A stretch of 64,000 nucleotides of DNA from Octopus vulgaris (GCA_951406725.2 OX597816.1:84258001-84322000); one strand, 5' to 3'. Shown: positions 42,930 to 56,901, counted from the first letter of the stretch. Program-made: numbers and translations. Notes: generated by a model not told the origin, from the sequence alone.

Positions 42930-42974
42930 CGCACGGACTGCAGTTTCTAGATTTTGACCTGTCATCAGCGTACG
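42930..42974 (-). ncRNA. Hammerhead ribozyme, type I minimal (left arm)
   Basis: Minus strand: CGTACG-CTGATGA-CAGGTcaaaATCTA-GAAAC-TGCA-GTC-CGTGCG. Confidence 0.8.
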
Positions 42975-43114
42975 ACAATCACCGGTTTTCGATGAAAGGG
43001 GGTCCCAATGCAAATTCTTATATCGTTTTTCCAGTAACTTTTCGTCACTGATCTCGAAAAACTATGTGCAAGAATTTGCATTGGGACCCCCTTTCATCGA
43101 AAACCTGTGATTGT

Positions 43115-43159
43115 CGTACGCTGATGACACGTCAAAACCTAGAAACTGCAGTCCGTGCG
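43115..43159 (+). ncRNA. Hammerhead ribozyme, type I minimal (right arm)
   Basis: CGTACG-CTGATGA-CACGTcaaaACCTA-GAAAC-TGCA-GTC-CGTGCG; palindromic ACTGCAGT stem III. Confidence 0.78.
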
Positions 43160-44590
43160 TATCACTTAGGTTGACGAGGGAAGGGTGACCTCCCCTTGCA
43201 AATACCATAAGTGCACAGAAAGTGTGCCTAAAACCAGCTGGAGACGATGTTCTCTTGGGGCTACAAGCTACAGTAACACCCACCCTTAGTGGTTAGCCAT
43301 ATTGAGATGGCAAGTATACCTCACATTGTCGTGCAGTTGCTGTTTATACCTCGTTCAGAGATTTATTATTGCTATTCTTTTGATATATTTTTTTAATCCT
43401 TAGTTTGCTTTCAGGTTAAATTTACAAATTTAAATTCATAACTCATTCATTGGCTTAAAGTTTAAAATTCGTTTAATAAAGTTAATTTTAATTTACATTT
43501 GATTTTCAACAACTTTAACATGACCTCATCCCATTTCAACCTAACGTCTCTCAATCTATCAGCATTTTATATCCTAGCTAATCATAATATGTTTACAACA
43601 GATATTCCTTTATGTTCTAATACAATTTCTCAAGTATGCGTGATAGCAACAATCACCAAATATTAATGTCTTACGTTGACCATGTGTATAAATGGCCCAT
43701 ATCAAATTTCAACACGACAGTTGGAGAATATCTAATCTATAAACAATGCTAATATGGTAATATGTGTTGACCTTACTACAAACACTGATGTTTTATGACT
43801 GTCCTTTTCCCAAAATTTTGGCCATCCAATACTACTTCTATTAAGTGACCCCTTTCTCTATGCTTTCCTTACTTCTCTTCACCCTTTTGTAACCCGTTTT
43901 CCTCTTTTTTCTCTTCCACTTGCATCTCTCCTCCGTCCCCCACACACTCACCATTACTTTAGTGTTCAGCTTGTTATAATCAGAAAAGGCTCTAATGCAA
44001 ATAGCATTAATTATTTTAGGTCGTTCAATTTTCCTCAACTGATCAATAGAACATTTGAGTAACCCTATAATGACTACTGGAAACAACTTCCTCCAATAAA
44101 GAAAAAATATGCAATTACCATTATTTTTAACTTGTTTTATATATCATTCTGTGTAAAACCAGTTTATATGGAGTTCTGCGACGGATTTACAATATAGAAT
44201 TGTGATGAGCCACAACCCCGTACCCTGCCATAAGAATACTTACAGTTCTTCACTGATCTAAATAATATTGTTGGTCTGGTGTGCCAAGAGAACGCTTATG
44301 AAGTATATTACCCAGATTGATAATCGTCACTATTTTATTTATATATATATATATAATTAAATAATAAGGGTAGAAATTGATATTAATCAATTAAAACCAG
44401 TGACTTAGCGTATTTAAAAAATCCGAAGATTAAAAATTGTGTTACATACAAAATTAAGAGGAATTACCACTAGAGTGGACACCTAATATGCTAAACATAG
44501 ACGTCATATCGCCATTACCACGAAGAGTGTGTTCTCAAGATTTTTTCTTGAGATTTTTTTTTGAGAACACACTCTTCGTGGTAATGACGA

Positions 44591-44937
44591 TGCTTTGAAC
44601 AAAATGCGACCCCACTTAGTCAACAGAATAGACGTCATCTTCCACCATGATAATACTCGTCCTGACACAGCTCGACTGACCAAAGATATTTTGGAAGCCC
44701 TTGGTTGGAAAATATTGCTTCATCCTCCATATTCTCCAGACCTTGCTCCTTCTGATTATGATTTGTTTCGGAGACTACAGAATCATTTCAATGGATTTAG
44801 GTTGACATCAAGAGAAAAGGTTGAAAAATGGGTTGGATTCATACTTCACATCAAGACCTAACGAATAAACATTGTTTTAATCATGGGCTTTTTCATTTTT
44901 TCATAGAGACCTTAAAATCGGCCATTATCTAACCTGA
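44591..44937 (+). mobile_element. mariner 3' fragment; inverted duplicate of the adjacent element
   Basis: ORF 44595-44861 HHDNTRP...HPPYSPDLAPSDYDLF; ends AACCTGA-TA. Confidence 0.9.
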
Positions 44938-44993
44938 TACATACATATACACACACACATACACACATATGTGTGTGTGTGTGTGTGTGTGTG

Positions 44994-46241
44994 AGGTTAG
45001 ATAATGGCCGATTTTAAGGTCTCTATGAAAAGAAGAAAAAGCTCATGATTAAAACAATGTTTATTCGTTAACATAATTACCATTGCTTTCTAGAACTTCA
45101 TCTGTCAACAGGCTCATAGACGTCACGCATGTAAAACTTTAGGTCTTGATGTGAAATATGAATCCAACCCATTTTCAACCTTTTCTCTTGATGTCAACCT
45201 AAATCCATTGAAATGGTTCTGTATCTCCGAAACAAATCATAATCAGAAGGAGCAAGGTCTGGAGAATATGGAGGATGAAGCAATATTTTCCAACCAAGGG
45301 CTTCCAAAATATTTTTGGTCAGTCGAACTGTGTCAAGACGAGCATTATCATGGTGGAAGATGACATATATTCTGTTGACAAAGTAGGGTCGCATTTTGTT
45401 CAAAGCAGCTTTCAAACGATGAAGTAAATCACAGTAGAGATTAGCAATAAATGTTTGATTGTTGTCTAACAGTTCGTAATGGACAATCCCTTAAATATCC
45501 TGCCATATACTCAACATGATCTTCCTTGGACGAAGACCTCCTCTTGGTTGTTAAGCAGGTCTTCCTCCTCGACTGATTCACGATTGGCGGCGTTTAACGT
45601 TATGGTAAAGGATCCACTTCTCATCACCTGTAACAAGCCTTCCTAACAATGGTTCCTTAAGGTATCGCGAAGGCAATATCTGACAACAAACAACACAGTG
45701 TTGCAGATTCTCTGGAGACTGTTCATCCAGGACCCATTTTCTAACCACTGAAACCATTCCGATCCTTTTCAGTTAGCGTATATCAGTTGTATGGGCTTCG
45801 TTAAACTCTTCTGCAAGTTCTCTACAAATCGCGGTTGGATTTTCTTTGCCAAGTGTTTCTAACTCTTCGGAAACAAGGTGTTTTGAATGATCTTCTTTTG
45901 GCTCGTCTTTCAAACTCAAATCCCCACTTCTGCAGCGAGAAAACCATCTCCTGCAACTTCTTTGACTCACTACATCATCCTCATAAACTCTCTGAAGAGA
46001 CATTGCTGCTGCGGTTGCATTGACACCTTTATAAAACTCGTATAGTAAGACATGTCTAATGTAATCTTTAGATGGGGCAAACATGGGTGTGAATATAGCA
46101 GAAGATTACGACCGACACAATTAGAATCTGAAGGGAAAATTGATAAATTACTATTTGTGACATTCTTAAAACATAAAAAAACAAAAGAACTATCTGAAAC
46201 TGTTTTCTATACAATCGGTCATTACCTTTGCCCCAACCTGA
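44994..46241 (-). mobile_element. mariner (DD34D) transposon, near full length, pseudogenised
   Basis: N-terminus IRHVLLYEFYKG...RRWFSRCRSGDLSLKDEP; C-terminus HHDNAR...YSPDLAPSDYDLF with 34 residues between the second and third D; 5' TIR TCAGGTTGGGGCAAAGGTAATGACCGATT flanked by TA. Confidence 0.92.
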
Positions 46242-48126
46242 TATATATATGTATGTGTGTGTCTGTATGTGTGTATGTGTGTATGTATATATACGTATAT
46301 ACATACATACATTTATATATAGAGAGAAACGAATGTATGTTGAGATATATGTGTTGAGTGTGTGTGTGTGTGTGTGTGTGTGTGTTGATGAACTGTCTAG
46401 AGGAAACGTTATCACAAAGATTCAATCCCGATTCAAATCCATTAGTAGGTGAGTTGGAAGAGAAATGCATCGAGTAGGGATACATTTAAGGGATTTTCAA
46501 ATATTTTTGACCTAAAAAATGCAAATGCTTTTAACGCAGAAATACGCGTTGGAAAACCTTCTAAGAATTTGATTACCCGACTAAATTTGTTGATATATTA
46601 CTAAAATCACTCACTGGCATGAAAGCTTTCTTTGGCAAAAATAGTAAATTATTTAATCTGTATCGTTTCAAATTTAAATTGAAAACCGTCATAGTGTACG
46701 ATTTGTACTATGCTGATTGTGATCTTTCTGTTCACGCAGGGCAAGATGTGGAAAAATAATGAACCGCTTCTCCGGGTCTATAATGGTTTTGGATTTACGA
46801 TAAGAATAATAAGGTGACTTCAGACCAGTTGTAGTAAAGCTATATGCGTGTCCAGGTGAGCAGATTTGCTTGTTTTGTGAACCTCAGTTGCACAGTTGTA
46901 ACCTAAGGAAATTACTAATCAGTTTTCGGATCTGAACTGGCTAGAAATAGTATCTCAAGAGTCACACTTCTTTCCAAGAAGAAATTAACACGATGATTCG
47001 CTCCCTAATATACAAAACGATAGGCTCGTTATGAATAGAATAACTTTGATGATAGGTCTACACTATATAGACTAGCATGTGTTGTAAACACAAGCGAAAG
47101 GATAAAAACATCGATAACTTAAGTATTTATATGATGGTGTTGTTTGCTAGATGTAATATCCTCTGTGTAAGTACCACGTATTGTTTCTGTTTAGAAACTG
47201 TAAGTACCGCTTACTTGTGAGTATCAACAGTGTATCTTTGGCTAACATACCATGCAAACAAACAACTCATTTCACCTAGCTGTAAATACAAGAGATTGAT
47301 TGAATTCTTCGATTATTATATCAATTAGTGTTACATCTACATGAATAGAGCTGTTTGAGTGTATGGTGCATTGCCCACGGTCAGCGAATAAAAACTAACC
47401 TTTTGCTGTGACATCAGTTGATATAATTATTGAAGAATTAAACCAACTGACTGTTTGATCAGTCGACTTCTAGATGACAGTGCTATTTGAACTGGGAGTA
47501 TACATCCAACAGAGATTGACAACATTACAAAAAAGTAGGTAATTACAAAGTAGGCGATGTTCATCAAGGAGTGAAAGCTACTGGAGAATATATGCTTGTC
47601 AACAGAGAAAAGATCTTAGAATATTAATTTCAGCAGAAGACAGTATATCAATAGATGCAGAATGGGAAAAAAATGAGAAAATATTCATATGATCGTAAAA
47701 AATATGATTTTGGAAAGAACAAGACCGAAATGATATTGGTAAAAGAATAAATATATTAAAAAATAAAGTGAAGTGGAAACCGTGGCAAAATTAATAAATA
47801 ATGCTTTAGAAATAAAACAAGCAATATTGGGTGCACATTATTGTAAGTAGCCGAAAATACACACACACACACATTGAGTGAGTGAAAAATAGCGTGAGTG
47901 GATGAGAAAAAGAGGAATGTGTTCGTGTACTATGTTTTCAGTTCAAACCATGAACACTAGCAGGATTCCTTTTGCGTTTGGAACAATGTTTACCTGTAAG
48001 TTATTACTGACAGGCCACATAACTTTAATAGACTTTCAAGAAAGTTCGAATAATTTTAGGAAGTCAGTTAAGTTACATGGAATGGAGATGACAGCTGCGG
48101 TTTAGTTCTGGAATTAAGATCTATAA

Positions 48127-48496
48127 ATTCTTTTCTACTATAGGCATAAGGCCCGAAATTTTGGGGAAGGAGACCAGTCGATTAGATCGATCCCATTATA
48201 CAACTAGTACTTAATTTATTGACTCCGAAAGGATGAAAGGCAAATGAAGGATAAATGAAATATCTATTTCTTTACTACCCACAAGGGGCTAAACACAGAT
48301 AGGACAAACAAGGACAGACACACGGATTAAGTCGATTATATCGACTCCAGTGGGTAACTGGTACTTATTCAATAGACCCTGAAAGGATGAAAGGCAAAGT
48401 CGACTTCAGCGGAATTTGAACTCTGAACGTAACGGCAGACGAAATACCGCTAAGCATTTCGCCCGGCGCGCTAACGTTTCTGCCAGCTCACCGCCC
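48127..48496 (-). mobile_element. SINE family A
   Basis: Reverse complement of 671-1026; imperfect TSD TAAGATCTATA / TAAGAGCTATA. Confidence 0.9.
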
Positions 48497-48776
48497 TCTA
48501 AGAGCTATATATTGTTATGATGATGGATGGATTGGGTGTGGTGAATGTTTTGTTCCAGCTCGACTGTTAATTGTGCATAAAATCATGATCCTGCTTGTAC
48601 TAACATCTATTTTACTTTTCCTTATTTTTCAGAAAAAGGTTTTTCGTGAGTGCATTTTACCATTGTGCATATTTCAAATAATGAGAGTGATTTGAAGGAA
48701 ATTCGATTGCTATATGTAGAAGGTCAAGCACAGAAACACACACACACACATACACACACACATACACGCACATATA

Positions 48777-50043
48777 TCGGGTTAAGTAAAAAGTAAGCAA
48801 CGTTTTGGACCATGAAGGATTTACACCGGGTTTTTGCAGAGTTTTGTTTTTTTAAACATTTTTTGCAGTTGTCTGATAATACAGATATAGACTTGCCCAA
48901 CTGCATCAATAAATTAACATTGGTATTTTGTTTCACCGTTGTTATAATCATATGAATTGGAACTGTCAAAGCGCGATATTCGAGCAATTTTGCTGTTCGA
49001 CTTCAAAATAGGACGTAAAGCAGCTGAAACTGCTCGCGGTATCAATGAAACGTTTGGTGAGGAAATGACCAATGAGTGGTCAGCTTGAAAATAGTTTAAA
49101 TGTTTTCGCAGTGGAGACCTAAGCCTTGAAAATCGTGAGCGTAGTGGACGCCCATCTATCATCGATGATAGTCAATTAAAAACCGTCATTGAGAAAGATC
49201 CACATAAAACCACTAGAGAACTTGCAAAAGAACAAAACTTTAAGTTAGCCAGAAAACTGCCTGCAGCTATTTGCATGCGATCAGAAAATCAAAGAAGCTC
49301 GACAAATGGGTACCACACGATTTGAATGAAAATCAGAAAATGCGCAGGTATGAAATTTGCTCGTCGCTTCTTCTCCATAACCAGACCGATCCATTTCTTG
49401 ACTGTATTGTAACTTGCAATGAAAAGTGGATTCTGTACAATAATAAAAAACGTTCTTCGCAGTGGTTGGACATAAATGAAGCATCGAAAGCCTTCACTAA
49501 ACCCGAGCTCTCCAAAAAGGTTATGGTGTACTGCTGGACTCATCCACTATAACTTCTTGAAACCCGGAAAAAAACTGTGACTACAAGAACATATTGCCAT
49601 GAAATTGCCAAAATGAACGAAAAACTGCTATTCCTCCTTTCCAGACTGGTCAACAGAAGAGGGCCAATAATTCATCATGACAATGCTCGATCACACTTTT
49701 CACTAACGACACTCCAGAATTTGAGGGAACTTCGCTACGAAGTTCTTCCCCACTAAGCTTAATCCCCCTGACCTTTCTCCTGCCGACTACCACTTTTTCA
49801 AGCACCTTGTTGGTTTCCTGCGAGAGAAGGGGGTTCAAAAAGCAAACCGATGCCGAAAGTACATTAAAAAAGTTCATCACCTCTTCACTCTAGATTTTTA
49901 TGTTACAACAAACTTGTAACTCGTTGGCAAAAATGTATTGATTGTAATGGTATTTACTATGATGAATAAAATTTCCGCATCGGTGAAATATATTGTGATG
50001 AATTTCATGTTTCAAAACGTTGATTACTTTTTATTCAGCCTGA
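48777..50043 (+). mobile_element. Full-length mariner (cecropia/Hsmar1-like) transposon, pseudogenised, TIRs and TA TSD
   Basis: TIRs TCGGGTTAAGTAAAAAGTAAGCAACGTTTTG / CAAAACGTTGATTACTTTTTATTCAGCCTGA; IRAILLFDFKIGRKAAETARGIN, WVPHDL, IVTCNEKWILYNN, HDNAR, PDLSPADYHFFKHL, with stops and frameshifts. Confidence 0.92.
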
Positions 50044-53000
50044 TATATATACATATCTAAGCGAGCATGCTTAAATGTGTATTTGTGTGTGTGTTTGTGC
50101 GTATGTGTGAGAGTGTGTGTGCGTGTGTGCGTGCTTGAGCGCGCATATGCATGTGGGAGTGAGTGTGTACGTGTGTGATGTGTGTGTGTGTGTGTATGTA
50201 TGTATGTGTGTGTGTGTATGTGTGTTCATAGTTGAAGACAAAAACATTGGCGTATTGAATATTCGATATTAAATGGCCGAGTGGATTTCAAAACAGTCAT
50301 ACATTCGCAAATAATTTAAATTCAGTTCACATAGAGCATAAATATGTGTGAGTGTGTCTATGCGTGTATGTGTGTGTTCATGTGTAGAAAACAAAGATTA
50401 TGTACAACGTAATGCTTAAATACCAGCTGTAAAAATAAAATTATAGGAAAACAATATCATGAATATTATGCATATTCGTCTGAATATCAACAACATAGTT
50501 GAAGAGAAATACCTTCGGGGAGCACTCGGAATACTAAACACAAATATAGTAGAATCTAGCATATGTAATTACAAAGCGCTGAAAACTTTGATCAACCAGA
50601 AACATCGCCGGGAAGGGCTTAAACAATCTCAAAAAGAAAGAAACAAGCAAAAAAAAACAAATTCCAAACTGAAATCATTACTTCAGTAGTTGATCACAGA
50701 GTTTGGATAATATTTACTGAGCAGATTCTAGTAGCAAGCTCTATTGTATGAATTCATTATTTAGTGACTAATGTTGGCCACTGGAATATAAATGGGGACA
50801 TATATAATAGTATGGAAAAGAATGCACGGGAACAGAGACAAAAATATTTGTTAGAAAGTGGAGTAATCAATTGAATCGGTTGATACGGATGTCATTGATT
50901 TCGAAGGGATAAAAAATAAATATTGTTGAATGTCTTGATCCCCAGGTCAAGCTGTTTCCTGATTTCCCGGCTAAATCACAGAGTTATAGTATCATTATGT
51001 CCATCAACTATATTGTAGTAATTTCTCTTGACCATGGAAATGTCCACCATCATCTGTATTGCCTCCATCAATTTCTTGGATAATTTTACTCCCTTTCCTT
51101 CCATCATTCATTCTACGTGCGTCTTTCAGAAATACACCCTCTATTACTCTTATATTGATTTAAGATCCTATCACCACAACTATATTAGATCCGCTTTATA
51201 TCTTTCTCTCGATTCTGTTGTCTTTAAGTGAAATTATGGTTTTGAGATTCAATTTAAAATGCTCTTTTCTTTTATTTCTTTACAAAGAGCTACTCTCAAA
51301 CTGATTCCAAATCATCCGCTGTGCCTATGCCACTGAGCCCATCATTGAGCCCAAATTTTCTGCTGTGCCTATGCCGTCTGACATTATAACTGCTCACTTG
51401 CTAACCATATTCAATCTTGGTTATCTTCCACCACGCTAATTAACCTCTTTAATTTTGCACTTTCACTTTCTTTAATTTGATGCAACTCAGATTCCTCAAA
51501 TCCTCCCCACTCATGTTTTTGAGACGTGATCAGAACCTATGTCACTCTCTCTCATTGTTGATATTACAAATTCGCGCATTAAAAATTCGCTTTTGGGAAA
51601 ATACATGTTTTTGGTAACCATAGCTTATTCATTAAAAAATGATTGAAAGCGAAACTTTTCAGTGTCATGCTAATCTTTGTTTTCCAAAATGTTCAAGTTC
51701 TTAACTTCAAGAAATGCTTGAACATAACAGTATATATACTTGTAAGTAACAGAGCATGTCTGTTTATTATTTCCAATTATCGTCACCATCACCATCATAT
51801 GGTGGTTAGAACATAGCCAATGAGGCAACAAATGAATAGATCTGTTGGTGTCTTCTATGTCAGGCTGATTGATCCGTTCAGGCGTGCTGGAAATTACTCG
51901 AAATTTAAAACTTGTCCAATGTATTTTTTATTGCCATGCAAAATAATACTATTCTTTCGTTTGTAGATAGTTTACCGTACTTATTCAACAAATTATACGG
52001 ATATATGCGCGACCAGGAGTTCTCACACTGACAAATACCAACCTCTTCCTCAATCTAATAAAGAACTGGTAAATTTTTTCCACAACTTTCTTTTTTAATA
52101 AGAAGACAAAATGTAATGTACTTTAATATAGTTAACTGCTCTGAATTTGCCAGAGGGTTGAACAACTATAAATGTTTAAAACAGTTATAATTTGCTTAAA
52201 CGTGATAAATTTTCCACTACTTTTTAGATCATTACAGGTCCTCACAGGGAGGATACTGGAACCACTATGAGGAAAACTGGACATTATTAGAGCAATGCAA
52301 TAATATGACTTATACAACGAAATGGAATTAAAATACCCTTTATGCGAAAAACGAAAAGTACCAAAAATGCAACGCAGACATTTCTTTAGTAACATGATGT
52401 CTTTCAAACATGGATGCCTATAATGGTTATGATATCCTTATGTTTAAAAACTAGGAGGTGTTAACTTCGTTGAATTCTGACGTTGTGACGGTGTTTGTAT
52501 CAGGTTAAAGTGATATAGTTGGGAGAGTAACATGTTAAGGTAATTGTTGATGTTGTTAGTAGTACGCATATTATATATACTAAGGTACTTTCTGTTGCTG
52601 CTTTTTGCTTTGAAAGCCTGCTATTTTAGTAAGGTGTCTTTGCCATTAGTTTTCCAGTGCTCTTTGTGGAAGCTACATTTTGAAAGAACGTCAAAATACA
52701 CTCGCATCATGACAGATACTGCTTAATCTGAACTAAATATAATTTTGAATTTTACTTGTTGTGTATTGTGGTAGTATGAATGTTTCCTAAATCATTATTA
52801 AATGACGTCATCCGACTGTAGAACACGTGTTTCTGTATTGTCATATTCCATAAGGTACAGACACCAAATTCAGCTTGATAAAGTTTTCCACATACCGGCA
52901 AAGTTATTACTTGTTGTTGACATATATAAATGATAGATAAATGGTAGTTCTTAGTGGAAAGTTAACGGAAGGCTGCTGTGTCTGTAACAGACAGAACGTT

Positions 53001-53436
53001 ATGACGCATGAATATAGGAATTAAATGATTTCGAGGTGGAGACCTGAGCATTTAGAGGTCAGCTCTGTATCTATACACACATTGTGTATCAGAGATATTC
53101 TTCTTCCAAGCCATCTACCCCGAAGAAGCCCTATCCACATTTAAGTGTACGATTATATATTATTCTACACACACACACACACACATATATATGTATGTAT
53201 GTAATTCCAAGACAGTTAGAGGTTGTGAATCCAACCAACTAAGGGATAATATCTATCCAATATACTGCTGGTAATAAACCCAATTATTTATACACAAGTG
53301 TTCTTTCATTGCATGCCAATTACATTACTGAATGTAATAAATGGGTGAGGTAAAAAATAATTTTACCCTTAATTTATACAGCAATAAGAAAATGGAGGGG
53401 ATCAAGAGTTGATATTCATCAACTTTTAGACATATT

Positions 53437-53535
53437 CATCATCATCATCGTTTAACGTCCGCTTTCCATGCTAGCATGGGTTGGACGATTTGACTGAGGT
53501 CTGGCGGACCAGATGGCTGCACCAGACTCCAATAT
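53437..53535 (-). mobile_element. RTE-like LINE/SINE 3' tail with (GAT)n
   Basis: (CAT)4 CGTTTAACGTCCGCTTTCCATGCTAGCATGGGTTGGACG: stem-loop plus trinucleotide tail typical of RTE 3' ends. Confidence 0.55.
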
Positions 53536-53665
53536 TATATTTATTTATTTATTTTTTAAATATACATACATTTATAACATTAATTATACATGTATAACAC
53601 TGTTATACATGTATAACCAGTAATTATTAAAATATATAACGTAGAGCATAGAAAGAAGGATAATA

Positions 53666-53786
53666 TCTTACAGCTCTTTCAGCCAAGAGGCTATAATCCC
53701 CATTCTACTTTTATACCTCCAGTGAACTGAAGTATACGGTAGATAAAATTAAGGTACTTGGGTGTGTCTCTGCGCTTCGTCAGAGA
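53666..53786 (-). ncRNA. Degenerate hammerhead motif with long stem II insert
   Basis: Minus strand: TCT-CTGACGA-AGC...(about 90 nt)...GCT-GAAAG-AGCT-GTA-AGA; inverted partial copy CTCTCTGAGGAAG at about 53997-54009. Confidence 0.55.
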
Positions 53787-54232
53787 GTTTAAAAAGTTCA
53801 TAAGGTTAGTTATAAATATAAGTACATACATAGATACATACTTTTACATATACATGCATATACATAAATACATATAAACGCATATACATATGTATATATG
53901 TATATGTGTTTATGTATATTTATGTATATGTATATGTAAAAGTATGTATATATGTATGTATTTATATTTATAACTTAACTTTATGAACTTTCTAAACTCT
54001 CTGAGGAAGGACCAGGCCTCATGCACTCCCAAATGTGATGCATCCAAATTGAGAGAACAAGTATTCCAACCATCACCGCAAATTCTCAGTGTAATACGAT
54101 TAAGATTTCCTCCGAAAATATATGAAATAGAAAGATAGATAAAATTATTAACACCAACGTCGCTACCACCAGAACCACTACCAACGAGAAAATTGGTATC
54201 ACTACTACTAATACAACAACAACAACAACAAG

Positions 54233-54296
<64 letters not shown>

Positions 54297-54474
54297 GCTG
54301 CTACTACTACTACTACTGCTACAACAACTACTACAGTAACTATTTTTGCTACTGCTGCTGATGGTAACGAGGATGAAAATTGTAATAATAATAAAGACGG
54401 TGATGATAATAATAATGATTATAATCATTTCAAATTTTGGCACAAGACCAGTATTTTCGGGGGAAGAGGTAAGT

Positions 54475-54518
<44 letters not shown>

Positions 54519-55667
54519 ATAATAATAATCTTAACAAGTAATAATACTGATATTAATAATCTAATGATAGAATACCATTAAGAATGATAATAATAACAAG
54601 AAACTAGATAATGAAATAAAAATAAATCAAAAACAAGAAGATAAAAACAAACAAAAATAAACACAACCAAACGATATAGAGAAAGAAAAATAATCAACAA
54701 CAACTAATATACGAAAAGGCAAAAGCAAAACCAAAAAAGAATACGAAAAACAAATACAAATACAAAACAAAACAAGAGAAAAACAAAGAAACAATTGAGA
54801 ATAAGAAATGAAAATAGATGAAGTTTGATGATCAGTTGAGTTGTGATGACTGCCACGTATCTTGACTTCGTTGAAATAATTCTTCTCCTTCATCTATAAA
54901 TGGCGTTCAAAGAGATTACCTCAAATATACATACGTGTGTGTGTGTGTGTGTGTGTACATGTATATATGTACGTATGTGTATAGATATGTGGACGTAATA
55001 GCGGTGGGGCGACAGTATACGTATAAATTTCCGATAAAACTGAGCATAATTACATGAAAACAAATGAAACTAATGCAATTATATATTAGGTCCGAAACCT
55101 AACTGAATTACGTATATTAAAGAAGTGGAGATGAGAGGAGACAAGTATTGAAGGATAGAAAAGTTTGAGGGTGGTTGGGGAATGAAGAAGCGCAGGATAA
55201 AGATATAGAAGAGGTGCAAGAGAGGAGAGAGAAGATGGGAAAGAGACGCAGAAAGGGAGGGCGCGAGGGACAAAATGAGACACAGTAAAACAGAGGGAGC
55301 GAGGGGCGAACGGAGATAAAGGGGCGGGGAGGAGCAGCAGAAAATAAGATTGAAATAGAGAATTTCATCAGCGGTAAGATATGTCCGCATTTAGGTATAC
55401 ACGAGTATGCATGCATGTATATATGTATATATGTATGTATAGAATGAGAGGCGTATAAGTGAAATTGAGGTTCATAGATAATGACTGTATACATACACAC
55501 CACACACATGTAAACATACATCTATCTCTTTATATGTATGTTCGCATGTATATTTGTTTTTATGTGTGAATAGATAGATAGATAGATAAATAGATGGATA
55601 GATGGATAGATAGATAAATAGATACATAGGTAGAAAGACAGACAGGCAGACAGACAGACAGACAGAC

Positions 55668-55737
<70 letters not shown>

Positions 55738-55977
55738 GTATACGGATGGATAGTTGGATGGGCAGCGAAACTGACAGATACATGGAAAAATAGATAGTTA
55801 GGTAGATGAACTAAGTGAATAGATAAGAATAAAATAAAAATAATAAATACTATGCTAAAAGGAGAGTTGCAAATATTAATACACGCTGCGCAGCAGAGAT
55901 ATATTTAGCTGGCCAATTTATACTCTGCGATGTACATCTGCAGTATGTACATGTAGTATTATATCTATATATATATG

Positions 55978-56021
<44 letters not shown>

Positions 56022-56049
56022 TATATGTATATGTATATATATATGTATA

Positions 56050-56118
<69 letters not shown>

Positions 56119-56279
56119 CGTCAATCATGGCGACCACTTGGGATTGAGACTTCTAGATAAGAGTAACCGGCTGATAACTTTAAAATATAAAAATGTGATC
56201 CATACACACATTTCATGTATGTGTTTGTTTTCTGTGTCTGTGTGTATGTATGTATTTTTATTTCTGCTTGCGTTTGTAT

Positions 56280-56465
56280 CTGACCCCTGCTTGATAAGCA
56301 GTTTTTGGTAGTGCAAGCACCCGAAATTTACTGATTCGGCAAAGAGATCAATGAAAAAAGTACCAGGCATTAAAAATATCAATAATAGGGGTCGATTAGT
56401 TCGACTAAAAGCCCTTCAAGGTGGTGCCTCAGCATGGCCACAGACCAATCTCTGAAAGAAGTAAA
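56280..56465 (+). mobile_element. SINE family B 3' half, diverged
   Basis: TTCGGCAAAGAGATC...GGGGTCGATTAGTTCGACT...CAGCATGGCCACAG. Confidence 0.65.
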
Positions 56466-56580
56466 AAAAAAGCTGAAAAATAAAATGCAGTAATAGTTGC
56501 TGCAATAAAGCACTTAACCAAAAGTTTTCGATGATATATACATATATATATATACACACACACATATAAATATATATATA

Positions 56581-56626
<46 letters not shown>

Positions 56627-56785
56627 TGTGTGTGTGTATGTATGTATGTGTGTATGTATGTATGTGTGTGTGTGTGTGTCTGAACATGATCGTAAGATCT
56701 AAATGCTGTTAAAATTTAGATTGAAATATATTTTTTAATCTCCACCTCTCACTCTTTCACTATCTGTTGTTGTTGTTATTATCAA

Positions 56786-56901
<116 letters not shown>

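Larger units (their letters stand above)
42766..43323. repeat. Inverted repeat, 254-bp arms (about 9 mismatches), 50-bp spacer, HHR in each arm
   Basis: 42766-43019 versus 43070-43323; mirrored ORFs MGVTVACSPKRTSSPA... on both strands in the track. Confidence 0.95.

Noticed and set aside
53910-54443. Poly-Ser/Ile ORF resembling a signal-peptide protein
   Set aside because: Derived from (TAG)n and (ATT)n trinucleotide runs.
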